Assembly (NCBI GenBank): GCA_951406725.2
Contig: OX597821.1
Location: 96,348,001-96,412,000, forward strand
Length of the DNA: 64,000 nt
Source of the DNA: Octopus vulgaris
Lineage: Eukaryota
Direction: 5' to 3'
Translations under genes and position numbers: made by a program
In this document: positions 11,918 through 24,386 of the stretch, in pieces
Layout: every line of letters starts with the position of its first letter
Numbering within the stretch: position 1 is the first letter of the stretch
Notes under the pieces: generated by a model
The model's database searches: none
The model's input: only the letters and a program-made list of their open reading frames with translations
What the model was told of the DNA's origin: nothing

Positions 11918-14309
11918 CATTGTTTTTTTAGAGATGGTAAGATGGAATTTGACGGGGAAAATAGCTGTTATTTTTAAGTGATTGAGTTTTCACATCTCCC
12001 GCGTAAGATTGTCTGAAATAAAAGTTTACTATTTTGTATAGGTAATATGTTTACTAAAGACGTTTCACTAATTATGATTTTGTAAGCCTGCATAGATAAT
12101 TAACACAGCAGATGTAAATCATTGCAACAGCATCACGACCCAATACAATTACGGCCAATTCTACCAAATAACCCTCGGAGAATTCATACGTTTAATTTTG
12201 ACTCCCGTAAAACTGTCACTGTCATTGTACAACCCCACGATAGTCCAATTTCCACTTGTGATTGGAAGCATTTCAGTAGTGGCCATCCCATCTTTTCTTC
12301 AGTTATAAAGTATATACCACTACCTTATTCAAAATCTTTCTCGATTGTTTTTTAGATTGTAGGATACGATATAACCCAGAAAGAATAATATTGATATTAT
12401 TTTTAGCCGGTCAAGCAACCCACAAAGAAGCTCTTCTATTACCACTAATGGAGTAATGATTTGAAATAGAGTGATGATACATATTGAAACGCTGGTCAGT
12501 TTAAACTCAGTAACTGACGCTCCCTATAGTGATGACATCTAGTCTTCATTAGGAGAGCGAACGGGAGATGATCCGACCTGTTAGAAACATAAAATAACTG
12601 CTACTTGTCCCTTAGATCATTTTCTGCTCTCTTGGGAAAGTAGGGCACATTACACAAAATAATGAGAGATGCCGTCGAACTACCTTTAATCATATACCTG
12701 TTCAATTAAAGTTGATATGGGTGTGAAGAACAATAACAGTTGCCTTGTGTTTATATTTGAAGCAAGGTGGATGGTGCAAGTGTTCTGGTCATAGAGAATC
12801 TACTTCATTAGCAACAATCTTGGCCTTTGGTTATATTTCGAAGAGTCAACTATGTTGCAAGCATTCGAGTAGGGATAACATCTTGTCTCATTTACTCCCA
12901 TCAAACTCAAAAACACTGAAAAAGGGATTAAATTTGCTCCTACTTTTCTCATTAAACCCTTAAAGAACTCAACAACATCCTTAAAGATCTCAACCACCCA
13001 ACTAGTCTCTTATGGAGGTTAGTAGGGTGGTGCCCAAAGGATAAGAAGCGCCCACTTATTGTCCACCAAACAACAACATCTGCTTTCCTTCAGCAGCTCT
13101 GACACACCTGCAAGTCAAACATATTACCTCCACATGAGCATTTGGCCCGGTTGTTATAACAATCAGACCTCCCTCAAGTCATGTCTTATTGTTTTAAAAT
13201 AGGAAAGAACTTTAGATAATGCAATTCGAAATACGTCTGAATAAAGGACAGTGGTTGGAACATCGCTGATTATAGGTCTACTGAATCAGACAACGACCAC
13301 GATCAACATTATCAATATCACTACAAACATGAGCCAACGGACACGGTTCTGTGGCTTTACTCGCCCTTATAAAATTACTGCTAGTTTTCATTCAGATAAC
13401 ATCATACAGTCTTAAAAATATTGCTATGACAGATTGAACAATGTAGTCTTTACTATAGTTTTGTCTGAATATATGACTCGATGGTCATAGTTGAAATACG
13501 TTTGATCATATTTCTTCTGGATCAAGGATTACTGGAGGCTAAACAGTATCAAAGACAGCAACTTAAGATCAAGCCCTTTATCATAAAAAATAGTAAGATT
13601 AAACGCATGCTGTTTTTATTGTCGCTGTTGTTTAGACCCAGGTCAGTCCTAATCTAGCAAATCTATAATCAAAGGCGTTCCAACTGTGGACATACTGCGA
13701 TTCTGTGTATCAAGGACCAGATATGCTCTTATTTTGTAAAATTTGATTTGAGGGAGATTTAGTTGCTATTTCTAACAGGTGGAGCAGCCATGTAGAGGTT
13801 ACATTGTTGAACTAAAGAAAGATGACAGGAAGATATTTTAGTAACAGATCCTTCATCTTTACTTCAACTTCTTTCTTTCATCAAGTCATTAGGTCAAGCA
13901 TCTATGAAAATAATGAAGGTAAATTTATAACAACTTCTTGTTACACTTGCCGTCCAAAAATATCTTTACAAAAGCTTCATTCGCGAAGATATTTACCTTC
14001 ACCCAATAAACCGCCCGATATTGGCGAAATGAACCGTATTTATTCAAGTGGTGACGGATGATAAGTGTTAAGCATGGGAAATATTTTCTCACTAGCTAAC
14101 GTTAATAAGTATAAATTTGGCAAAAACACTACATCTACGTTTGGATGCACTCCAACTGGCTAATGCCATCTTTTTAAAAAGAACATTATGACCAGTTATC
14201 AACTGACCAAGTAAGACGCTAGTTTAGAATCGATATTTCTAGAACATAGCATATGGTGGCTTTCAGTTTCAAAGCAACGAATTGAATTATGCGCCTGGTC
14301 AAGTGAATA

Positions 14310-14349
<40 letters not shown>

Positions 14350-14370
14350 TACACACACAGACACACACAG

Positions 14371-14403
<33 letters not shown>

Positions 14404-14533
14404 TTCACTCACGCACGAACATACATGCACACACATTCACAAGCATGCAAACATACATTAATCACTCTACCTTTCTATCTCTCTTTTACATTAGCTACCA
14501 ATATACACATACATATATATATGTATGTTTCTA

Positions 14534-14580
<47 letters not shown>

Positions 14581-14627
14581 TTTATATAGACACACACATA
14601 TGTACATATATACATATATACATATAT

Positions 14628-14698
<71 letters not shown>

Positions 14699-14854
14699 GA
14701 ATGGTTGTATACTGTCAATCTAACAAGAACGTGACAGTAGGGGGTACACCTAGGAAGCATCGAACGCCTCCTGATAGCTTTGACACATTTTTTCCCTGTG
14801 TCCTTATATACATATACGAAGGGGAGACAAACACCCCCGGCTGCCGGAACTGCA

Positions 14855-14900
14855 TCTAGGGACACCGTGTTTCAGGATCGTTGTCCTTCATCGGCCTAGA
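14855..14900 (-). ncRNA. Minimal type I hammerhead (C4 variant)
   Basis: Minus strand UCUAGG CCGAUGA AGGA caacga UCCU GAAAC ACGGU GUC CCUAGA; perfect 6-bp helix I. Confidence 0.75.
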
Positions 14901-15098
14901 GTAGCAGACACCGGTCAGCTGGTGATATTTGCCTCGACTTCGTAATTGTATATATCTATATTCAGTGAAGTTTCACTATATATATATGTATAAATATAAA
15001 ATAATAAGGGTGAAAAATTGAATATTAATTAGATTAATATCAATTTAAAACCAGTGGTCTAGCATATAGAAAAATCTGAAGATTCAGAAATATTGTAT

Positions 15099-15259
15099 TA
15101 TATACATATAAGAGAGATAACCACTAAATCCATATGCTCGAAGTGGACCTCCTATGGTCTTACCACTAAGAACATTCCTTTCTTGGTGATAAGGCCACAG
15201 GGGGTCAACTTCTACCATATGGATGTCCACATAGTGGTCATCCCTCTTATATGTATATA
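15099..15259. repeat. Imperfect 160-bp hairpin (MITE-like)
   Basis: TATACATATAAGAGAGATAACCACTA pairs with TAGTGGTCATCCCTCTTATATGTATA; inner 33-bp stem around a 7-nt loop. Confidence 0.8.
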
Positions 15260-15286
15260 TACACACACACGCGCGCACACATTATT

Positions 15287-15772
15287 GTGACCCCCTTCGG
15301 TCATGAATGACCCTGGTATTGCACCTAGAAAGTTACCCTCCGAGGCACAAGTATGGGCAAGGTTGTTTATGGAATACCAGCAGTCGCCCACGCATACCAG
15401 CCTCCCATCTCCACGCCAACGATGTTATCCAAGGGAAAGGCAAAGGCCGATACAGCTTGGCACCTGTGACGTCGCAGTTCATTTATTAACGTGCAAGTAG
15501 CTGAGCACTCCACAGACACGTGTACCCTTAACATAGCTCTCGGGGAGATTCAGCGTGACCCTTTGGAATACAGGTACAACAGAAACAGGAAGAAAGTGTG
15601 AGAGAAAGTTTTGGTGAAAGAGTACAGCAGGGTTCGCCACCACCCCTGCCGGAGCCTCGTGGAGCTTCAGGTGTTTTCGCTCAATAAACACTCACAACGC
15701 CCGGTCTGGGAATCGAAACCACGATCCTACGACCGCGAGTCCACTGCCCTAACACTGGGTCATTGCGCCTCC
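15287..15772 (-). mobile_element. Composite SINE: family C head/body joined to family D tail
   Basis: 15485-15772 matches 19521-19810 in reverse; 15287-15480 matches 49034-49230. Confidence 0.8.
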
Positions 15773-16199
15773 ACTATGTGTGTGTGTATGAATGTATTAG
15801 CATGTTTATATACAATATAGGAATATATATACTTATGTACGTGTGTGTGATACATTAACTATACTTTTGTTACTAGTTAGAGTTTGTTTTTATATAACTT
15901 GCACATTTTTGGTAATCCATCTAAGTGGTTTGGAAGCATGCATAATTGCTGTGGTTGTGGATGTAGCACATGATGAAGACGTTTCGGTGATGAAAGTTTA
16001 CAATGAGACCCATGGCTGTAGTTGTCAGAAAGCAGCAGTACAATTTGCAAAGTCCTGTATTCCAGTCAGAATAGAGTATAACATGTTTTCTACAGCCGTT
16101 ATAAGATACAGCTAATTAATAATCGTTGAATCCAATAAGGTTCGAAAATCGATTAATGCGGGTCATCATTTTTTCAGTTTAAATTTTCCTTGTTTATAT

Positions 16200-16255
<56 letters not shown>

Positions 16256-17937
16256 ACACACACACACAAACAAGCACGCACGCACAAGCATACCCACATG
16301 CACACACACTCACACACACGGGCGAGTGCACAAGTATTCGCACACTCACATGCACTCACATACACACAGCATATATATTTATGTATGTATGTATAAATAT
16401 ATTGAGTGAAACACTTGCTGAAACGTATGGTTAGGCAAGTTTATTAATAATAACTATTAAATAATAGCTTTCTCTGTTCGGATATGCATAGTGATTTATT
16501 GAAAAAAAATGTGCCTGGTTTATTTGAAGCTTTCAGTTCAATATGAAACGTCCTCAGAGTATTAAGTAATTTTCAGACGTTGATAAGACTTTATCATTTC
16601 ACTGATTATTCAGAATACATATTTTGATAATGGAAGTTTCATGATGTCTACTGTTGTTTATCTCCCCTTGTTTTTTTCTCGGTATTTTATGAGTTGCTGA
16701 GGAAGACGTTGAATTATTGCGTTGATGTTGCTGTTGTACGCGACACGTGTTAGCTATGGTGTAGTTATGACTCATTGATTTTAATTTATTGACCGTTTAA
16801 TTAAGGTTAGTGTAATGTCCTTTTCATTGCATTTAATTTCCTTTTGGTCTTCATTAATACATAAGTTTAATAAGCAGTAATTCATATATTTATTCTTTTA
16901 GTTTTACATTTCCTTAAACGTTAATTTAATGCTTGTTTCTCCTACTAATCTCATTTATCGCAGGAAGTTTTAGATATCAATCATTTAGGGTTTCATGTTT
17001 TATTTTTATGTTGCAACATAAACTCTTGATTTACTTAAATTGTCTCCGCCTCTAGAGGAGGTGTCATAATTACCAAACGGCAATTAAGACCAGATCCATA
17101 TAAAGACAAGGGAGATAAGCTCAAGAATCAAAAATTGTCCAGAGTTGAGAGGCCGTTAAAGAAAAGACCAAGCTTGTCAGGAAATAATGGAAAGTCGTAG
17201 ACTCGTGTTTCTGCCTCAATAGGCGTCATTCGCACAAATATAACCTAAACCTTTCTCCAGTAAGCACGAGAGAAAGGACATTATACAAAAACAGTAGAAA
17301 GCATATATAGCCTCGGCAATTTGCATAATTTAAACAAGAGAAATAATTCAACGAGGCCAGCAGCATATAATTGAAAAACTTAGGCAAATAACTTATACTA
17401 AATAACATAGAAATTTAATTCTTGGTTCATTAAAATTATTCCCCTTTCATTTTTACTTCATTTTTATGTTATGTTAATGTAAATAACATATTGCCTTATG
17501 GCTTGTTGTGCCGCTGCACCACAAAAACATACACGCGGTTTTGCTCTTTTCTGTAACTTCCACCCAGCGTTTGAATATTTCTTTTGTCGCTATGAACACC
17601 GTTGGATCGAATGCACTGCTGGGTGTCAAAAGAATATTTTAGAGCATATAATGATGGCATATCGATGTCGATTTTGATATATATGTTATGAGAGTTAATG
17701 GTGCCATTGAGACCCAAAGGTGTCAGGTAATGTTGAATAAGTGCTATAGACAGACCCTAGTTAAGTTCCAAGTTCGGTGATTTTGCAAATAAGGAGTTCA
17801 ACATTGGTCATATGTCAGTATGTGTATATAAATTTTATTTTTTGTATTGAGATAAAAAACCCAAGGCTGAGTAGATTTTAGAACATCTATAGGTAGAAGG
17901 TCTTACAGTTGTTTGCAGGATATATATATATATATAT

Positions 17938-18358
17938 ATATTGTTATATTTCGGAATGGTCATATTGCCAGTTTAGCCAATAAAAACGCACGCACTATAT
18001 ATTTGGTGTTATTTTGCTTCAGTGATATTTATTTTTTACATTAATCTTAATCTTATTTCGGCCAAAGTTCTTTCGTCACACTCCTGTGACCGCATCAGTG
18101 GTCCTTCGTTTTCTTCTCACTTACTTGTGTCTCTCCTTACTAACCTGGCTGACGGTTAGTAAGGAGAGACACAAGTAAGTGAGAAGAAAACAAAGGACCA
18201 CTGATGCGGTCACAGAGTGTGACGAAGAACTTTGGCCAAAATAAGATTAAGATTAATGTAAAAAATAAATATCACTGAAGCAAAATAACACCAAATATAG
18301 TGCGTGCGTTTTTATTGGCTAAACTGGCAATATGACCCATTCAGAAATATAACAATAT
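17938..18358. repeat. Long palindrome, about 205-bp arms, 8-bp spacer, between (TA)n tracts
   Basis: 17938-18145 versus 18154-18358 reverse complement, a few substitutions and small indels. Confidence 0.95.
18060..18104 (-). ncRNA. Hammerhead-like motif (C9 variant) in palindrome arm
   Basis: Minus strand GGACCA CUGAUGC G GUCACA ggag UGUGAC GAAAG AA CUU UGGCC; mirror copy 18195-18237 has GAAG. Confidence 0.55.
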
Positions 18359-18408
18359 CTGTTTCAACACACGACTTCACATAAAAAATCTTGCACAACA
18401 AATATTTA

Positions 18409-18470
<62 letters not shown>

Positions 18471-18473
<3 letters not shown>

Positions 18474-18864
18474 TTATATATAAAAGAGAGGTTGTGTGCT
18501 GTCTGTCTCCTACGATTTAGATTCCTAACTACTCCCACATTTTGTGGTGCAGTTTAACCCAAACCGGGTATCTTATAGTCGTGATTCATATCGAGCCCTT
18601 CTGGGTATTAGCGCGCGTTTACGATGAGACTACGATTTAAAAAAAAATTACCATCAATTTTTCCCATTTTCTTTTGCATTTTTGGCATATATAGGGGAAG
18701 TAACTCTCTAAAAATTTATTAAATCTCAGAACGTAAAAAGCTACAGTAACATCCCCCCCTTTGTGGTTAGCCATATTGAAATGGCTATTATACTTTACAT
18801 CCCTAAAAATGCTTATATAGTTATTTCCCTTACAAACCCGAGCAACGCCGGGCGATACTGCAGT
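18471..18864 (+). mobile_element. Non-autonomous Helitron-like element
   Basis: 5' A|TCTTTATATATAAAA; 3' hairpin CCCGAGCAACGCCGGG then ACTGCAG|T (CTAG-like terminus). Confidence 0.7.
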
Positions 18865-18868
18865 ATGA

Positions 18869-18900
<32 letters not shown>

Positions 18901-18901
18901 A

Positions 18902-18942
<41 letters not shown>

Positions 18943-19055
18943 GAGGCACAATGGCCCAGTAGTTAGGGCAGCGGACTCGCAGTCATAGGATCGCGGTTTC
19001 GATTCCCAGACCGGGCGTTGTGAGTGTTTATTGAGCGAAAACATCTAAAGGTCCA
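18943..19055 (+). mobile_element. SINE family C head only
   Basis: GAGGCACAATGGCCCAGTAGTTAGGGCAGCGGACTCG..GGTTTCGATTCCC. Confidence 0.8.
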
Positions 19056-19520
19056 CATACACATGCGCAATTAACATAATTTTCACGTAAAATCGACGTG
19101 ACTTTAGTGTTTTTTGACTGGACCATTGAATTATTGGAATCTAGAGGCCTTCTATAGCGTTTCTGCTTTTCCAAATGCATTCACTCAACTTGGGTAGACG
19201 GCAGGGTATCGTAAAGGCATTTGCTTAAGATGAAGCGGCGTAAATTCGAACTAGTGACCGTCTAGAAGCTTAACCTTTCAGCCATTCATGCCTCGACGTA
19301 CCTACCTGCCTACCTACGTGCATACAAACATACACACACTTACATATACACATACACGCGCGCGCACACACACTCACACACACATGTATATATATATATT
19401 TGTACATATGCATACGCATACTTTTTCATGCATACATACATACTTATATTTGAACATAATATTGATTTATACACATACATGCATACACATATATTCATAC
19501 ATAATGTATCACTTCATACT

Positions 19521-19880
19521 GAAGGCGCAATGGCCCAGTGGTTAGGGTAGCGGACTCTAGGTCGTGCGATCGCGGTTTAGATTCCCAGACCGGCCGTTGT
19601 GAGCTTTTTTTATTGAGCGAAAACATCTAACGCCCCACGATGCTCCAGCAGGGTTCACCACAACTTTGTCTCACTCTTTATTCCTGGTTCTGTTGTACCT
19701 GTATTTCAAGGGGCCAGCCTTGTCACACACTGTGTCACGCTCAATATCCCCCGAGAACTACGTTAAAGGTACACGTGTCTGTGGAGTGCTCAGCCACTTA
19801 CACGTTAATTTCACGAGCAGGTTGTTCCGTTGATCGGATCAACTGGAACCCTTGTCGTCGTAACCGGCGGAGTGCCACGA
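19521..19880 (+). mobile_element. SINE family C, full length
   Basis: tRNA-like head; tail CTGGAACCCTTGTCGTCGTAACCGGCGGAGTGCC shared with 22678-22992 and 44276-44560. Confidence 0.85.
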
Positions 19881-20444
19881 TTATTTGATAATGGTTTTTC
19901 AAGATGGAAATATTATAAAGAAATGAATGAAGATAAAACATTTTTATTAAAAATCGAATTGGTTTGACATTCAAATTTCTTTTCGATGTAATACATCACA
20001 ATGCTTCTAGAATATCATACACACTAATCTAGAAACCATGTTACATCTCGTTTGGATGAAGCTAAAGGGAATTTTCATGGATTCAATTGACATATTATTG
20101 ACATCTCAAAGAAAAATTATACGTGAAGAAGATTGTCGTTAGCAAGTTCTGGACGCTAGCTTTTACTATATCACCTCTAGAAACTGTTTAACATGAACAG
20201 GGGATTGTGGGTAACGAAATGCTGGAGAGACAAATTGACGTCAACTACTATACATTATAAATGCGAACATTTGTTGTTTTACCTCAACAACCAGCTGTTA
20301 ATTGTTTCTGACTTTTATTACTTCCCCTGTTTTATTTGATAATATTTCCTAGAAATTCTATGAAAGAAAAAGAATAAAGTTTCTATAAAAAATACAAATA
20401 GCATAGTTACTAGTTACACAACATTTTCAATTGTGCCTGATATA

Positions 20445-20700
20445 TGCAAGGTGTCCAAAAAGTCACTGATGGGTTTCAGTTTTTAATAACTTCCTTAACT
20501 TTGCAAATAAACGCAAGGAATTTTGATACAATATAAAGGACATAATGGAAAGTAATGTCTGCAAGTCAAAGTTTGCAATTTCACTACATCACATATGGAA
20601 AATGACATCGCTTAATGGCAGCCATTCTCGGCTTCACACGCCCGTGCTCTTTCCAAACACCCTCAAGAATTTCAGACCGCACTCTTCTATTGATGTTCTC
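20445..20700 (-). mobile_element. Possible Tc1/mariner 3' end remnant
   Basis: CAAGGTGTCCAAAAAGTC resembles a mariner TIR; minus strand reads ..LSDVIF like a transposase C-terminus. Confidence 0.35.
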
Positions 20701-21176
20701 CTTCAGTTGCACAAAGGTCTTCGGTTTGCGCAACCACTTGACAACCGGTGTTGGTGTGTTTACGTTCCCGTAATTGAGCAGTTTGCTAAAAGACCGATAG
20801 AGTAAGTACCAGACTTAAAAAGATAAGTTCCGGGAAAGATATATATTAAGAAACGAGATGTAATAACATAGGCATACATATATTGAGATCTACACCAGGT
20901 TTATAGTATTGCTACACGCACATACACAAATATATTGTCCATCATCTTACAGCATCCTCAGCGCCTGTAAGATGATTCACAACCATTCGGCTCTGCGTTC
21001 ACTGCTTCTTAAAGCAGAAACAGCTGTAAGCAAATTAAAAATATTACATAATTTCCGTTCCCTTACCCTTCAATTAATTCATATTTAGCTCAATACTGGG
21101 TTAATGGCATATTCTGAAACACATGTTTATTGGGTTCTAATTGTTAGGTATTAGTTAACGGTATGCTAAGCAGCGA

Positions 21177-21274
<98 letters not shown>

Positions 21275-21366
21275 CGGCGGTACTAACACTGAATATGATC
21301 TGTCTGATACCGTTAGGTGGAGAGATATATTCAATTATTCCAGTACCCTCGAATTATTGAGGAATG

Positions 21367-21447
21367 CCATGCTGATGAGGAAAATTGTTGGTAAAGTATA
21401 ATTTTGTATTCTTTATTCCAAGCTAATTCCGAAACGCGCGTCCATGG
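21367..21447 (+). ncRNA. Minimal type I hammerhead, canonical core
   Basis: CCAUG CUGAUGA GGAA ... UUCC GAAAC GCGC GUC CAUGG; palindromic ACGCGCGU helix III. Confidence 0.8.
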
Positions 21448-21729
21448 ATGACCAGATATTGATTGATTTTCGTTGCTTTCCTCTCTGCCTGTGTGAATTG
21501 TTTTCAAGTATTTTGTTTTCTCTGGGAGTTCCTTTTTAAAGTAGAAGAAATAGCTAAGGTGTTTTGGCTGCTATTTCTAAACTTCGGTATGTGGTAAAGC
21601 GAATCTTTGCTGAACCCTAATTATTAAGTGTTACTTAGGCTTACCGTGAAATGGTCCTTTTTCATTGCCGAATTCTACTTGGTGAAATTGATTACTTCTT
21701 AATTAATTAATTTTACCCTTTGTTATTAT

Positions 21730-21768
<39 letters not shown>

Positions 21769-21914
21769 AAATAGAAAGATGAATAATCTTGTAGCAGATT
21801 AACCAAAAGTTTAACCGATACCTTGGTAACAAAAATCACAGCAGAAGACAGCACGGTTGGAGGTACAACCATATGGTGTTGCAACCGTGCGTTGGTGCGG
21901 ATAATTGAAATTAA

Positions 21915-22273
21915 AATATTATTGGTGAATTGAAGAAATGGAGCTGAACGAAGATTGGACAGAAATCGTTTTATTTCATTCTACACGTGTTTCGAAAGGC
22001 ACAATTTACCAAAATCCGATTGAATAATGAGACCATATTGTGTCTCAGTTTTGCCATGGGCTCTTAGGATCCTAGTTCGATTTGTTTTGCTCCGCCTCTG
22101 TTCTGTTTTTGTTTTTTCCAACGGATTTCCTATTTCTTCCTGAAGAGAAAGACACAATATGGTCTCATTATTCAATCGGATTTTGGTAAATTGTGCCTTT
22201 CGAAACACGTGTAGAATGAAATAAAACGATTTCTGTTCAATCTTCGTTCAGCTCCATTTCTTCAATTCACCAA

Positions 22274-22280
<7 letters not shown>
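21915..22280. repeat. Inverted repeat, 131-bp arms, 104-bp spacer
   Basis: 21915-22045 versus 22150-22280; right arm ends at (TA)n. Confidence 0.95.
22133..22221 (+). ncRNA. Minimal type I hammerhead, canonical core
   Basis: UUUCUUC CUGAAGA GAAAGaCACAAU ... AUUGUGcCUUUC GAAAC ACGU GUA GAAuGAAA. Confidence 0.8.
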
Positions 22281-22339
<59 letters not shown>

Positions 22340-22677
22340 TTTGTGAGCGCGTGCGTGTGTGGAGGGGGCGAAAAACATCTTCCATATTTTTCAGATTGGT
22401 GAGTATTTGAACAGCATATGCGGAGTGTGTAGCAATCCAAGTACAATGGTGACCACAAGAAAATTATCAAACAGTTAAATGTTTTATTACCTCCGGCCTA
22501 ACTTCATAAGCTCCACACTAGTTGCTGTGTAAAATACGGGTAATTTTGTCCTATACCTAGTGTGTGCGTGAGTGCGTATATGTAGGTATATATGAATGTA
22601 TGTATGTATGTATGTATGTATGTATGTATGTATGTATGCATCCGCGCGTGTGTATGTGTGTGCGTGTCTGTCTGTTG

Positions 22678-22992
22678 TGAAAGTACGTAGCTTAGTGATT
22701 AGCGTATTCGGTCATTAGGTCGTGATTTCGATCCCATGCGGCGCCTTGTGTCCTTGAATAAGACATTTTATTTCATGCTGCTCCGGTTCATTTTGCTGAT
22801 AACAATGAGCTGTACCTGTAATTCAAAGGGTAAGCCTTGTCACATCATGTGTCACGCTGAATTTCGCTGAGTACCACGTCAAGGGTACGCGTGTCAGTGT
22901 TGTGCTCAGGCACTTCGGCCTTAATTTCACGGGCAGGATTTTCTGTTCATCGGATTAATTGGAACACACGTGCTCGTAACGGACGGAGCGTC
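22678..22992 (+). mobile_element. SINE with D-type head and C-type tail, diverged
   Basis: GACATTTTATTTCATGCTGCTCCGGTTCA followed by TGTGTCACGCTGAAT..CGTAACGGACGGAG. Confidence 0.7.
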
Positions 22993-23477
22993 AGCTATGT
23001 TTATATGTGTGTATGTATGTATGTATGTATGTATGTATGTATGTATGTATGTATGTATGTATGCATGTATGTATGCTTATATGCGCGCGTGGATGTGTTT
23101 GTTATACCAAGTGATGATAGCCAATTCAAGTTTCGTCTGATAGTTGTCTGGTCAATAAAATTATATTGACAGAAACTGCACTGGGTGTTGGTCTTCAGTA
23201 GTAACTATCCATTATCAGATTAAATGCTACCTGTTGATCCTGGGGATTATTTTAGCAGTCTGTTATGTTGTAATGTCACAGATTCTGCCTGGTGTCCAAC
23301 TGGGTAACCCAACAACTGCTATGAGGAGCGGTGCAGCAAATAATACATGATGGATGACGGATTTTTGTCATACAGATATTTTGAGATCCATACTTTTCAT
23401 TTGGATGTTATATAACCTGTTTACACGTTTCGGGTTACAGGTGCAATCTTAGGATAATGTTTTCACTCCTTCCTATC

Positions 23478-23814
23478 TGAGACTGCCTTTGGTCATGACT
23501 GACAATGGGATTGCACCTAGAAAGTTACCCTCCCAGGCACAAGTCCGAGCAAGGTTGTTTATGGAAAACCAGCAGTCGCTCATGCATACTTGCCTCGCCT
23601 CTCCACGCCACCAGTGTTATCCAAAGGAAAAGCGAAGGCCAATACAGCTTAGCACCTGTGACGTCGCAACACATTTCTACAACTGAGAGAACTGGAGCAA
23701 CGTGAAATAAAGTGACATGCTCAAGAACACAATACGCAGCCCCGTCCGGGATTCGAGTTCACAACCTCACGATTGTAAGCTCGACGCTCTAACCACTGAG
23801 CCCTGCGCCTTCAC
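23478..23814 (-). mobile_element. SINE family D with target-site duplication
   Basis: Matches 49034-49371; TCCTTCCTA on both flanks. Confidence 0.85.
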
Positions 23815-24386
23815 AATTCCTTCCTAACTACCTTGTTAAATATGAGAGAAACAGTCAAACCATTGACAGATACGTTGCCAGACTGGCTTATATTTAGTTT
23901 TAACTAGATTTACCATCAGATAGGAATATTCATCTTGGCCAATATATGTATGCATTATACACACATCCATGTATGCGTGTATGTATGTATATATATATAC
24001 AAAGTGCGAAACAATTATAGTGGTACTGTAACAAGAGCCTCCTCTAACAGCATAATCAATAATGCATGACGGCTGCAAATCTGAGATATTTGGTTCGTTT
24101 CCGGCTTCCGGAAAATGTCTGTTTCCCTGTTGGTTGTTAGTGAATATCAGAGTAGCCAGTACGGTAGATTGCGGTCGATGAAACATAAGAAATGTGCTGA
24201 AGTGTCAATAATATCGGATTGCTAAAAATGATGATATTACTGTAGGCTTTTGTTGTTGTTATTCTTATAGTGAAGTCCAAGCTTGTGATCAGAAGCTGTC
24301 CATTGGTGACTATCTTGTATGTTTATCGATATCTAGGAGTACATTTTTTAAAGAAAAACAGTAGGGACACTAAATGCCTGTTAATT

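Noticed and set aside
20943-20977. Hairpin ATCATCTTACAG..CTGTAAGATGAT containing antisense CTGAGGA
   Set aside because: The matching GAAA half is not convincing
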